Under the pieces are notes generated by a model, which saw only the letters and a list, made by a program, of their open reading frames with translations, was not told where the DNA came from and ran no database searches. From Lepidodermella squamata (Eukaryota; Animalia; Gastrotricha): 64,000 nt of DNA. This document shows, piece by piece, positions 13,401 to 25,681 of the stretch. The stretch lies in contig JBLDXI010000055.1 in NCBI GenBank assembly GCA_047495785.1, positions 372,001 to 436,000 on the forward strand. The letters run 5' to 3'. Every line of letters starts with the position of its first letter. Position 1 is the stretch's first letter. The position numbers and the translations under genes were made by a program.

Positions 13401-15900
13401 ACAATGGACGGCCGATGACCGAAATTCATTACATCAAGGCGTGAGAGGCGAGTTAAGTGTATGCTAATCTAAGTACAACTTATCGAGAGTCGCTCGGTGT
13501 GAAAGAGAAGTTTTTTCGTTTGTTTTGGGTACGATCGGGCGATTTTGGGCATTAATAAACTGGTCATCATAAAAAGTGCGCGTGACCTAAGTCGCATCGG
13601 CGTGCGCGTTGGAGCGTAACGAATTTGCTTATGTGAATTCATTTTAAATAGCAGAATAGGTATCTGTATAAACTCATTTCGAACAACATCAAATTTGTCA
13701 AAAGCGGCCCATAAACAAGACATGACATTAAAGGAATTATTCAAGCGGAAAAATATTATGCTTTTCACTGGTGCTAAAATCGGCTGAATGAATGGTATGA
13801 TTATAATGAGCTTGAAATTGATGCAACTGGAAAATAAGTAAACAGTTTTGGGCGGTGAAAGCTTATTCTTGGTTTTTATTAGGCTGGAACATATTATCGC
13901 ATGCTTGACAAATGTTAATCAGTCGTTATGGCTAGTAATGCAGCAGTAAGTTTACCTGCTATGTATGTGTAGGAATATGACGGTGGATGACAAGAGGTGT
14001 ATGATAGATCAAGGCTCTGGGGCGACAACGGTGCCGTGATGTATGCTTTTATTTATTAGAGTAACACAAAGCGACAAGCGCATCGATCGACCGCCACATA
14101 TTGATAATAATGTTTACGCCCGAGCTAGCATGCGAAAATGAAGCACACAGGAAGGAGCCCAGGTATGACAAAAAATATTCGCCATGTATGTCTGTGTATG
14201 CTCATTTCTATACCTAATGCGAATTTGCGCGCACAATAGTAATAGCAATAATCAACGTTTATATGCACAGCGTATTTCCGAACACGCGAAACGCTGACAA
14301 TAAAGAAGCGATTTTCCCACTCACTATATAACGATCGCTCGATTACAAGTAGTAATGTAATTCTAGGCACTTGTATGTAGAGGTAAAATATTCAAAAATG
14401 CGCCCTACAGCGTCATAGACAGACAACAAGAGCTCGCAAAAAGGTAATCATGCTTTGCCGCGCCTATAATATATTAATCAGAATTATCGAAGTTAAGGGA
14501 AAAGCGAGAACAAGTGGCCAGCATAGCAATTACTTGCGGACTCAGTTTGGAAAAAATGGGGTCAAAATCGATGCGCGACTGAATAGATATATCCATGCTT
14601 ATTTTTCGCCGGAAATTTCTCCAAGAATGATAGTATTAAGGTGGCTGGAGTGGTTGCCAGCTGTTATCTCAATGTTGCTGTTATTTCGAAGCGGAAATTT
14701 ACGCTTTCAAAACAGGGTTTGCCCATCATCATCATGTTAACAACGGCTATGGTTACTTGGTTGCCGGAGCATACGGCGACCAAAAATGCCTTGGCACCCC
14801 TGTGTTGTTGCAGCAGTGTTATTATTACTATCGCATGTGCGATACGGGGCGGCGCTCCTCCAACACAACTAGGTATTTGTTTTATTGAATAAAATATATT
14901 ATTCGCTATATTGGCAGAAAATACTATTACAACATGTTGTAGTAGTAGTAGTAAAGTTGATGTAATATTATATCTGCCTCTTGAGCGCGAATTTCTTCTC
15001 ACATTTGGTCCCGCGCGCTCGCGCGAGAAAATGCGTTTTTTTTATTATTTCTTATGATAATATTTTCGCATTGTTGCAGGCGCGGGCCGCGAGATGCGCG
15101 CCTTGGATGCAGCTTTTGCGATACTTTTGCACTGCGTACTTGTTCGCAAGTGAAACATAATCCAGCAATAATTGGCAGCGTTTACTAATGATAATGAAGC
15201 AGACGAGGAGAACTACCTATGAATTAAAAGCAGATTCGCAAAACGTGATGTTTTTGAAGAAATTAAACGATGACTAGGGAAATCGAATAGAAAAATTGAG
15301 ACCCACGTACCTGTGCCAAAAAGAATAAGGCAACGAGTGCGCAATTTCAAGATTGTTTCGTATCTAACTTGAACCTAATATACAACAGTCAAAAAATAGT
15401 CAAATGCAATGTTGCCGGTATCATTTGTTATTTTTTGGTTTTCCAGGGGAACTGCCCGCTGGCGAAATGTGAGTTGTAAATAACGCCAAAATAACAATAA
15501 CATCTTCCGCCTTATATATTAATTTCCAGCGTGTTTTTGGTAAATATACTGTGAAAGTGAGCGCTGAGAGAGAAGGAAAAAACTTTGTTATATACAGCTG
15601 CGACGGTGGAGCCGATGAAGCGTGCGGTTTAATAACACACAGGCGGCGGGAGTAAAAAGTGTAATTATACCTTGTTGCAAGCGAAGCGTATCGAAAGTCA
15701 ATTTATCTGTGTTGCACTTGAACGCAACACAGAGCGTGTCGATCGAGGAGGCGCAGTTTTTTGTTGATTCAAGACTGCGCGGGGCTCTCGTTCGCTGATA
15801 TACCGACGAGAGTCTGTTTTTAAGGCGGATGAGAGGGTGCCGAAACTAGATTCATGCTTGGTGCAAATGCACGGATCTTCATATCAGTAGCTGCAGGCTA
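7500..15900. promoter_or_regulatory. About 8 kb non-coding region (upstream regulatory DNA or long 5'-UTR intron of the 4882-7472 gene)
   Basis: No credible ORF; rich in (AAT)n, (GAT)n and CGCG tracts. Candidate minus-strand acceptor near 7518 and donor CAG|GTACGT near 15310. Confidence 0.45.
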
Positions 15901-16130
15901 ATAACCGGGAAGTGATACTCAATATAATAGAAAAGTTTGTTCTGAATTGATAAACAACCGAGCAGAGCAATCTGATTCAACTCTAAAACAAATAAAGTGA
16001 CTAAAAACATTGTAAACATAACTTTATTCGAATAGGCTTGTAAAAATGTGAAGAACTAAAATTGGCGACTGCTTTATTGTCATGATACTACAAAAAATGA
16101 GTCTGTTTTCACTTAGCGCAACTGTCGATG

Positions 16131-16240
16131 GGTAAATACAAAATTTCGATAAAAAACTCGGTGATCGTCTGACGCCCGGTATTTACTTTTTTCGTTAACT
16201 CGGTAAGAACTCACCTCAGTGAAGTACAGTGATCACTAAA
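16131..16240. repeat. Dispersed repeat family, related copies at approx. 19088-19135, 20221-20345 and 20387-20450
   Basis: GGTAAATACAAAATTTCGATAAAAAACTCG is identical at 16131 and 20221; the CTGACGCC..GGT.TTTACTTTTT motif recurs. Confidence 0.7.
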
Positions 16241-16795
16241 ATAAATAATTAAGGTAAGGGGCAAGGTTACTTAAATATGCATAAAAATTTCGGTTTTTTT
16301 TAAATAACTTGTCTTTCCATAACCACGAGGTTCTCCGGGCTCATATTTTGACCATCAACAGTCAATACCCATGTGGGTAATCTCACGAAATCTCACGAGC
16401 TAATTCCTCACCATTAGCGAACCATTGTTGGCCAAAGTAAAAAAATGGAAAAATTGAAAACCTCTCGACGGTGCCGTAAATTTGCACAAAACCTTCACTT
16501 CTGAACCTAAACTACATACTCGCTCAATTTGGTCGATTTCGAGCTACCAGTTGAGGTATAGTACTTTTTATTTATTTATATATTTCAATGTCTTGCAATT
16601 ATCGCTTGAGCGATCGAAGCAAATTGTATCAAAGTTGTGTGTTTCAACTTTGAAACACGCTGAAGAACGTGGTCAAAAGAATCAAATTTAATAGACCGCA
16701 AATGAGCAAGTCCTCTAGAAAAACGTTGAAAATTTCGACTGAAAAACATTACCTGCTCGATTGTTCGAAGAGATGAAATTATCTTGCGTCATTAA

Positions 16796-17176
16796 CCCTT
16801 AGACGCTGAAGACGTGTACACGCGTTAATTCCGGAGAAAATTCACCGTGGTCGGAGGATTTGGGCTATCGAACCCATTGTTGCGTCATAAATTATGATAA
16901 ATCAATAGCAAGAAACAAGCACTCCCCGAAAATCCAAATTTTCAAAGCCATTCCGACCAGGTCGAAAATAGTGAGAAAAATTTTAAATTACTTGTTAACA
17001 CGTCATAGCAACGGCAACCCAGGTAAATTTCTTCTGAAAAAGAGGTTCGGCTTTCAATCTAAGGCTAAGTGTAAGACTTTCTGCCGACTCAGAATTTGAT
17101 TTTAGCCTCTTCTTGATTTTCTGGGATTTTCTGAAAGGTGCTCGAGTTAACACATCATTGCGCCGGCGGCTAAGGG
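16796..17176. mobile_element. Non-autonomous piggyBac-type MITE (381 bp)
   Basis: TTAA|CCCTTAGACGC ... GCGGCTAAGGG|TTAA: TTAA TSD, CCC/GGG termini, imperfect short TIR, no ORF. Confidence 0.8.
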
Positions 17177-17526
17177 TTAAGAAACAGATGCAGCATAACC
17201 GCGACGAGAAAAAGAAAAACAACTAACGTTTACGGGTTTACAATGGAAACCGTGCAGAGGGTGTGGTAAGGTCATTTTTTACATAAATAGAAAATCATGT
17301 ATTAGTGGATCGCACGACAAAATTGGTTCATCCCGCAGTCATAGCGACGATAAATTGACCAATCAGCGTGCGAGTAAAAGATCAACTAACCGCACTTGAA
17401 ACACAATGATAATTATTTTTATTAAACCCTGAAAATTTAATTTTTTACCAAAGGGAAATTATTCAGAATATTGAAGCATGCAAACGTGTCACTTTGTGTG
17501 GCGGGATTCAAGCTTCGGCGTCCTAG

Positions 17527-19084
17527 CTACTTCCCATGGTTCGAAGAGGTACGTGCGTAGTTGTAACACGTTATCGTCACAGTTGGCTTCCCACCACTAG
17601 GCGGCTTCGGGGCTGGAGTCTGCGGCTGCTCCGGGGTGGTTGCCTCCTGTTGCTCCTCGGGCTCGGGTTCAGCAGCGTCAGGCTCGTTGTTAGTCTCGGG
17701 TGATTCTGTTGCCAGCTCTTCGGTAGCCTCAGCGCCGCCGTCCCCTCCTTCATCCCCTCCTCCACCGCCGCCTTCAGATTCCCGATACGTTGTTTCAATC
17801 GCGAACCAAACGCGTCGCATATAAAACACGCGTTCAGCCCACGTTCCGTTGAACAAGCATTCGCTGAACAGCCGAACTTCAAGACTCGTGCCGCCCGACT
17901 CCTGGTACTTCAGCCCATCGCCGCCAGCCGTCGATTTGCGGCATAGCGCCGGTATGCACGGGTCTTTCGATTTCTCGAACAAATTCTCCGTACACTCGTC
18001 GTTGTACATGGTTAACACGCGTTGATTGATGACATTTCTAAAGCCGCTGGTCTTCGAATTCCACGACCTAACGTGGTACGCCACTAGGGTGACATTGACG
18101 AGTGGCGACGACGAGCGGAGAATGCACTCACAGCTGGTCTGCGATGGCGTATCCTCGCGCTGGTAGTTGGGTGACCACAACCACGTCGTCGTTGTTTCGC
18201 CCGTCTCCTTCACGGGTACGTCGATCTTGGTGGCGTTCTTCGCGCTGGTCGGGCACATTTCGTTCGGCAAGCCGCTTGGCGACGGATTCGCCATGCACAT
18301 ATAGCCGAGCTCGAGCACAACTGGCACCTTAATCCGCTTGTCCGCGTCATGAAAGACATCGCCTGCTTCTGGAATAGCTTTAAACGTCTCGGAAAACTGG
18401 CGAGCGTTGATGCGCCTGCTGTCGGTCGACAAGCAATACATTTGGGCTGTAGAAATTACAATAAATATTGGACAATTATAGGAAAACGTTGAAATTTACC
18501 CTGGCAATTTTTCAAGAACATGTCAGACACGTTGTCTTGCGGATCGACGGCAACGGGCAGACTGCCGAGCGATGCCATGGCAATTTCGCCGGTTGCCTTG
18601 TTGAGCTCGCGCGAGAGGCACGAGCGCGGTTCGAAGCCGCTCCACGCGTTCTGATCGCTGATCAAGTGCGCGCGCAGTTCAACGATGCGAATCATCGGCC
18701 CGCGGGTTATCTTGGCCTGGCTGTCAGCCGACGTCGCCATAACCTCGCTGTTGCCGGTTCGCAGCGTCATCGACTGGCCCATGCACGTCACGTTGATGGT
18801 GGCGTTGCCGCCCGAAGTCGGGCACATGAGCCAGTACTGGCGGCGGATTTGATTCGACACGTCTTGTCCAGTGACAGAAGTAACCAGGTCAAACGGTCCT
18901 GATACGAAAAAATTAATAAATATGATAAAAACGCAATTACGCCTAACTCACCGATTGAAATTAGAAAAATTGCTAAAATACAAGCGGACAGCAGTGGTAG
19001 AGGGCGATTATTATTATGATGACGATGTGAATAAATATTCAGGTGACAGCGTAGCTTCGATAGGTCTTTGCATGGTCTTTGCAT
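17527..19084 (-). CDS. Partial duplicate of the 4882-7472 gene, 3 exons; predicted secreted CUB-like protein without linker or anchor
   Basis: Very high identity to 5050-7007, with introns 1 and 2 retained. ATG at 19084, all indels in frame, ends NHGK-stop. Confidence 0.7.
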
Positions 19085-19780
19085 TTTAGTAAATACCGGT
19101 AAATACCGGTAAGTCGGTTAAAAAACTGACGCCTAATAGTTATTAATTTTCGTTTAATATTGCTTTTCGATCTTGGCTACAAGGTTTTGAGACCAGGACA
19201 TACATGGTCTGAGAAGCTAAAACCTGACGTCAACCTTCATGTGCCATCTTTTATGCCGAGCTGACGCCCATAATATTGAATCTTGTTTTCAAGGAGACCA
19301 AATATGTATAAGCAACTGTCTAACGCATCAAAAAATAATCAACAGCACGCCCTATTACTAAAAATGCTATTACTAAGAATGATGTTGAAAGGGGTTGTCA
19401 GAGGCCATTTTTCAGTACTACGGCTGGCAACAATTTTGACCACTGCCCACTGAGTTTTCATCACCTGTGCAATCTTTTGTGTTCAAAACGCGTAAAATTA
19501 TTTACTTAACCAACTGAATATCAATGGAAATGAAAATACTTCGTAAAAATATAGGTGAACCCAGTAAAAAAAGTATTTTTTACCCACCAGCCAGAAGTTT
19601 TGTCCGAAAGTGGACTAGCAATTTGAAAATAGTCAACTTGAGATTGAAATTTCGATTTTTTCAACTTGAAATTTCATAGGTTTCTGATTATTTTTTTATC
19701 CAACAAAAATACCACCGTGTCCGCCATAGTCTCATTGACCGCTGTTTAAAAATGACGACGCTATTAAAATTCAATCAAAC

Positions 19781-20179
19781 CGGCCGAATTCGTCCTATCC
19801 GCCCAGATTTATACAGGCGAAGTGCGTGATTTTTGTGCTGCAAAAACTGTCGCGAGGAAAAACTGGAAAAGCTGAATTCAGATGAATGCTGAGCCTCTAC
19901 AAATTTTTTAAACTAACTTTTTCAAGTGATACAAGTGGGGAGAATCTTAGGGACATTCATGAGAGTAATTTAGAATCTGAAATTCCAAAGCTGAAGGCAC
20001 CTGACACAGAAAAATCGCCTGAAATCAGATAGGACGATTTCGGCCAGTTTTCGTAAAGCCTTAACATTGATAGATAAAGATAAACCGATTTTAAAATCGT
20101 GATAAAGGCCATCGAAAACCCCTAGAACTGCCGTCAAAATTTTTTTCTCCCGCAGACAAATAATTCCGCCATGAAAGGG
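19781..20179. mobile_element. Degenerate non-autonomous DNA transposon remnant
   Basis: Inverted pair GGCCGAATTCGTCCTATC..CAGGCGA (19781-19820) and TCGCCTG..GATAGGACGATTTCGGCC (20015-20045); piggyBac-like end GAAAGGG|TTAA at 20179. Matching left end not clearly found. Confidence 0.45.
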
Positions 20180-20489
20180 TTAACTATTCGCTAGAAAAAT
20201 TAAGTATGTTTATTTAAGTCGGTAAATACAAAATTTCGATAAAAAACTCGATGGTTATCTGTTGCCTGGCGCCTGGTATTTACTCATTCGGTAACTCGCT
20301 GAAAACTGGGCACTCGGTTATCACCTTAGTAAAGTAATCACCTCAAGAATTTAGTCTGTTTGCACAAAAGGTTGAAAAGGTTGAATAGTCGGTTAAAAAC
20401 TGACGCCTGGTTTTTACTTTTTCGTTGACTCACTTTTCACCTCAGTAAACAAGTTATGATGTTTAACTTGACCGCTTTTGGCTGGTTTA

Positions 20490-23400
20490 TCAATGACGTA
20501 GGTGCGTTTCGGGTTTCGGGCGTTTCCCCAATTTCCAGCTCTTACTCATCGTTCTAATTGACCTGAATGTTGCCTTGTTCCGCTGAAAATCTCCAACAAT
20601 CTCCGTCATATCTGCGTCCTCGGGCTGGACAGTTTTCCGAGCGAATGTCACCTTCACAGCCGGGTAGAACCAAAAGGAAGCCGTAGTAATCGAGTAAAGC
20701 AGCATGCCTATAGCTAACAAAGTTATTTGCAAGTTATATCGGCCGGATAAAACGAATGTGATCATTAAAAAGCCAGCGAAAATAGTTAAAGCATTCGCAA
20801 TGGCAACTCGGCACATCGTAGCATCCAGTTTGAACTCGTCACCGATAACTGATTTTCCTAATTGATATGCGAATAAAGAGCCGGTGAGCAATAGGAGGCC
20901 TTGAGATGAAACGAACGCCGATAGCCAGTAAATTTCGAAGTTTGACGAGCAATGTGAGGTCGTCTCTTTGTAAAATGAGTCGCTGAAATCGTCGAACATA
21001 ACACTAGACGTTACGGTTGTAATTTGGAAATCTTGAGTAGGCCCTAACAACCAAGCTAATAGTAACACTCCAGTAAGGAAAACAAAGAGCGTTGAAAACT
21101 TCAGCGTCCTTTTGTCGATGCGACGCCATTCGACGTCAGCTACAAAATGCTGGGAAATCCGAGGTGCTACATGCTGCTTCGCTCTTCGAACCATTGTTCT
21201 CTCGTTAAAAGCCGTGGCGTTATCGTTCACTGTTTTTCCTACTCCATCCGATCTGAATTTTGACGCACTATGAAACGGCAGATTTGCCAGGAGCCAAATC
21301 CTTAGAAATAAGACGCTATTGACCAAGGAAAGACCAACAACTGGCAACACAGCTCGAACAAAGCAATAAGTTTCGGTAACATTTGCGTAAGCAAATGCCT
21401 CCAACAGAATAGCCCCGGAATTCAAGGTAAATAACCCAAGAAAAAAGTAGAAATTCACAGCGACTCTTGCAGGACTAACATTGCCATCTTCGGATCGCGA
21501 GACGATGGAGATTGACGCAATTGAAATTTCAAACAGCGTTACAGCAATGCCAATCGACGTAATCGTCGACATTTCAGACATCGAATATCTGTAAAATCGA
21601 TTCTCGACGTTGGAGAGATCTTTCGGAGGTTTGCCAGATTTAGTCAGCCAAATTGGTTGCTTGTAAATTTCGAGGCTGTACAAACTTAAATTATACAAAG
21701 AGTTCGGGTCAGGTTGTTCTTTCCACGGGATTTTGCATAGTCGGTTGATGGTCCCGTTCGACCACTGCATTATCCACATGTCTTCTGAAGCTAGCTCGAA
21801 TCTTTCAGAGTACTTGATGCGACCGATTCGGATGCCAACAAAATCCAAGGTGGTGGCACTCTCGTTGAAAACCGACGCGACAAAACGAGGCTAAATAAAA
21901 TATAAAAATAAGTACTGGGTCTATACTTAAAACGCGATTTTTGATATTCGCACTTAAATGGCTTTCCGGTGAAGTAATATTCGGAATTGATAACATTTGC
22001 CGGCAAATTCAGCAGTCTTTCCCTATTTTCATAAAGTTCGATCTAAGGTTCTGGACCTTTTAGGTTTCCTGAGCTTTCCAACCCTAATTTCTTGTGTTTT
22101 GCAGGCAATCTGAGGTAATCTCAGCTTGTTGGATGAGATACGATCCTTACTCAGTTTTAAAAGCAGAATAGTACGAATATAAAAAACGAGTACGAATATC
22201 CACTGCGATTAATTATTGGGTCAAAGATGTTGGAATATTCAAATGCGTTATAAAACGTAAATAGGTCAAATTACCATTTTTGGAAAACAAGACCAATTAG
22301 CCTCGAAACCTAAAAATCCAATTGAGTAATGCAGTGCAGATCATGTCTAATATGTCTAACGGGTCAGAAATACGATCCGCTTATGACAAAATAAGGATTT
22401 TCGTTGAATCCGTCTTTTTTGAAATTTAATTTTCTAAAAACTGGAACGCAACTAATACCTGCTGCCTGAAATCTCGAAGCGACATGTTGTGTCTGGCGTT
22501 TAGAATCCGCTCGCCTTTGTCGAGGGTAACTACAGTCGCCATAATAGAATCGTGACAGAGATGTCGCTGGTCGAAATCTGGCGGTATCGTGTAATTCAGC
22601 CTACGCTTCATTTCATTTTCGAACCAGTCCAGCCCGTAACCAAGTGACGTATTAAACAGCCCGGTAGCGCCGGTATTAGTCGGCGGAATCCCGGCCCAAT
22701 AAGTTATCTTCATCTGCTCATAAATCATCGATCGGCTACAACCAGTAGGTAGCGCCAGGTCAGGGCTATCTGCGGTGAAATAGCAGAAAATTTGAGGCAA
22801 AAACACGTAATGAGGGGCTCGCATTCCGGCCAGGTATGAATTGCAGAGAAATCGAACGCACATCGCAACTTGCAGATAGATCAACGCAAAAACCCGCGCT
22901 CCACTTGCCTTAGCCGCTAAAACTTGATCAAGGGTAACATCATCTTCGTTATGATAATGAAGAACTTCGATTCCGTTATCAGCAGCTTTTGAACTCAGCG
23001 TTTTCGCCATCATGTATTCGTTAACATTCAATGAATACGTGAAGATGGCAAGTTGGCGCCAATTGCCGACTTTTTGCATGAATAACATGATAGCAATCAC
23101 ACTGTATTCTCCAGGCATTTGAACTCGGAATAAGTTCGGTAGGACCTTTCGATTCACCAGGTAAGGCCCGGCACAAAACTGCGAGAAATGAGAGATGCTA
23201 AGACTTTTTGCGACGACGTTGACAAATTGACACGTGATGCTTGGACCGCTGACGACAGGCGACAAGTAGCCGGTTACATTTTGCTCGGTCACGTAATCTC
23301 GACCGTAAATATAGGGATCCAAATAACGAATGAGGGCTAAGGATGCGCGTTGGGCGTTCCTAGCCTCGTCCTGAACGTTCAGGGTCACGTGATAATTTGG

Positions 23401-23604
23401 TAGTACATCGCTGTTTTGGTTCAATCGATCGACTACGATTTCCATGGCAGTTTTACAGGCTTTGCCGTTAGCTGGCTCTTTCCCTGTCAGCGGAACCATC
23501 GCCAAGATGGAAAGTTCCATCGGTTTTCGGTCTCTACAGAACGCCAGAGGAAGCACTACAACCAGAATCAAGCACAAGATGAAAACTCGCTGAATCATAT
23601 TCAT
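20490..23604 (-). CDS. Class C GPCR, GABA-B receptor-like (Venus flytrap + 7TM); exons 23604-22459 and 21890-20490
   Basis: Signal peptide; MEIVVDRLNQNSDVLPNYHVTL and PNLFRV flytrap motifs; no Cys-rich linker; 7 hydrophobic segments with ECL2 HCSS...WL. Splicing gives DFRQQ|PRFVASVFNESA, collinear with the paralog at 58488. Confidence 0.85.
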
Positions 23605-24287
23605 TTGATTTGGAAAATGAAACTTCTAAGTAAATAGAACGAAGAACTTGTCTCTGACGCAACACCCTAAACTTTAAAATAATTTTTTAATAATGTGAGT
23701 ATAAAACTAGACGGCACCTCGCTACTCAGTATAATTAAGCGTGGATTCTGCTGTCGTACATGTCGGAGAAGATCACACGGTGAGGGAGTTAATGCCATGA
23801 AGGCATGAGGGTGCGTTAATCTAGGGAGGTTGGAGCAAAGTTGAAGCTGATTTATAAAAGTTGACTATAAGGCTCAGTCGGAGATCGATCGGTATTTTCG
23901 GGAAAATGCCGGGTTTCTCGGCAGTACCGCTCGATTTTATGTACTTCCTGCTGTTTTTTTGACCAAATAATGACTGCATTTCGACGCTATATTGCTGATC
24001 CAACTTGGGTTCAAAGCATAAATTTCATCATTTCATAGAAAGTCGGAAGTCAGCCATTGACGATAAAGGCGCGCGTAATGCCCAATAGGTGACAGATTTA
24101 GCTAATCACCATAAATTTTTACACGAAATTCGAAAACTAATTAATCAGTGCCATTTGGAGCTTTATTTGAACGATTATTGTTGAAATAGAGTACTGTTTA
24201 TGGTTATAAAACGATTCTAGAATAACTGGAATAAGGAACTTGAAGTTAGGTTGCTTTAGATCGAAGCGGTCACTTTGTTTTAGTTTA

Positions 24288-25563
24288 TCAAATTTCCGAC
24301 TCTTTGACTTCCAAATCTTTAACCGTACTAACCGATTCATTGTCACTTGCCACGGTGCTTTCATCGTCATCCTTATACTGATGTCCGTTCTGAAGTGAAG
24401 CGAGTGAAGCATCATCGCCCCCGCTCTTCATGGTGGAATACGTCTGCATCGTCGAGCGGCTCGTCACGGACTCATCGTTGGGCAGGGAAACAATGCTGTG
24501 AGGAACTGCAATCGATGAGCTAGGCATATCATCGTCCTTGCCGTAATCGTTCGGATCGTAGGGCGCGTTGTTGTTCAGCTCATTCCTCAGCGCCTCTCTT
24601 GACAGGGTGACAACACTTGGCTGGGTATTAATAAAGCCGAATATATTATTTCGAAATTAAAAATGTAATTATTACCTGTTCCGCGGTTTTCAAATTAGCT
24701 AATTCTTCAGGGTTTTTCTCGATCGTTTCCTCAACGGTTTCGATAATTTCAACTCGCGGCTCTGATGGTTCCTCAACAGCAGTAGTCGGCTCAGCTGATT
24801 CAGGCGATTTCTTGTTAAACTTGGACCAGGCGAAAATGCCAGCAGTAATTGCTATTCCAATCATGATGGTCGCCTCAATAGTAGCCGTGAGTGCCATAGC
24901 CGATGGTGTGTTAGCATTTGTATTATCTTCATAAACAAAGTCCGCAAATGTCTCTTCTTCTGAAACTGCTGGTAGGCCCATGAAAAATGCGGAAATCACG
25001 TGGCAAACGTGGACAAAGAGCTTGAACAGTACCAATGCAAGTGGATAGCTAGGCATTTTGCCGAAATCCAGCCCAAAAGTCGGCCCTCCCGGCATAAAGC
25101 AAATAGTCGAGACCATCCAAAAGCTGTGAATAATTAGGGACATCAAACCGATCGGCTTTGTTGCGTTCAGTATCTCGTTACCAACCAGTGACGGTAAGAT
25201 GATGAAAATAGCGGCTATTATTGGCAAATCCATGTTCTTTTTCAGTTTTTCATCACGCGAGTCAGTGGACCTTGCTGCGATGCCGAAAATGTTGCGATGA
25301 GGGAAAACAGCATGTCGCGTGTAGGCTGATAGACCGAGCCAAAAGGCTGAGATTGCAACTCGCAATGTGAAGTTGACCCACCAAGCGTCGACAAAGGCGA
25401 AGCTGATAACACAGAGTAGGCCGAAAGCCACCTCGAGGCTAAATTTGATGCTCTTGTCGCGTAAACTAGGGACGTTGTTCCTTTTGAAATCAGCAAGTTC
25501 TTTTTCCAATACTCGCTCAAGAGCTCGGCCGTAGACGTAAGCTAAAACTTCGCGTTTGCTCAT
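24288..25563 (-). CDS. Uncharacterised multi-pass membrane protein with acidic/Ser-rich tail; exons 25563-24676 and 24620-24288
   Basis: 305-aa ORF with about 6 hydrophobic segments; a phase-0 55-bp intron joins the 24288-24527 ORF in frame. Confidence 0.7.
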
Positions 25564-25681
25564 CCCGAAAGAACAATGCGCTACAAACAGCTTTCAACAA
25601 TTTACGAATGAAAATAAAAAACAAAACGCGATCATTTAAGGTGGATATTTTATTATGAACAGTCATTTTCACGAAAGAAAT

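Noticed and set aside
7635-15002. Numerous 60-150 aa ORFs
   Set aside because: Microsatellite-derived composition, no splice structure or domains.
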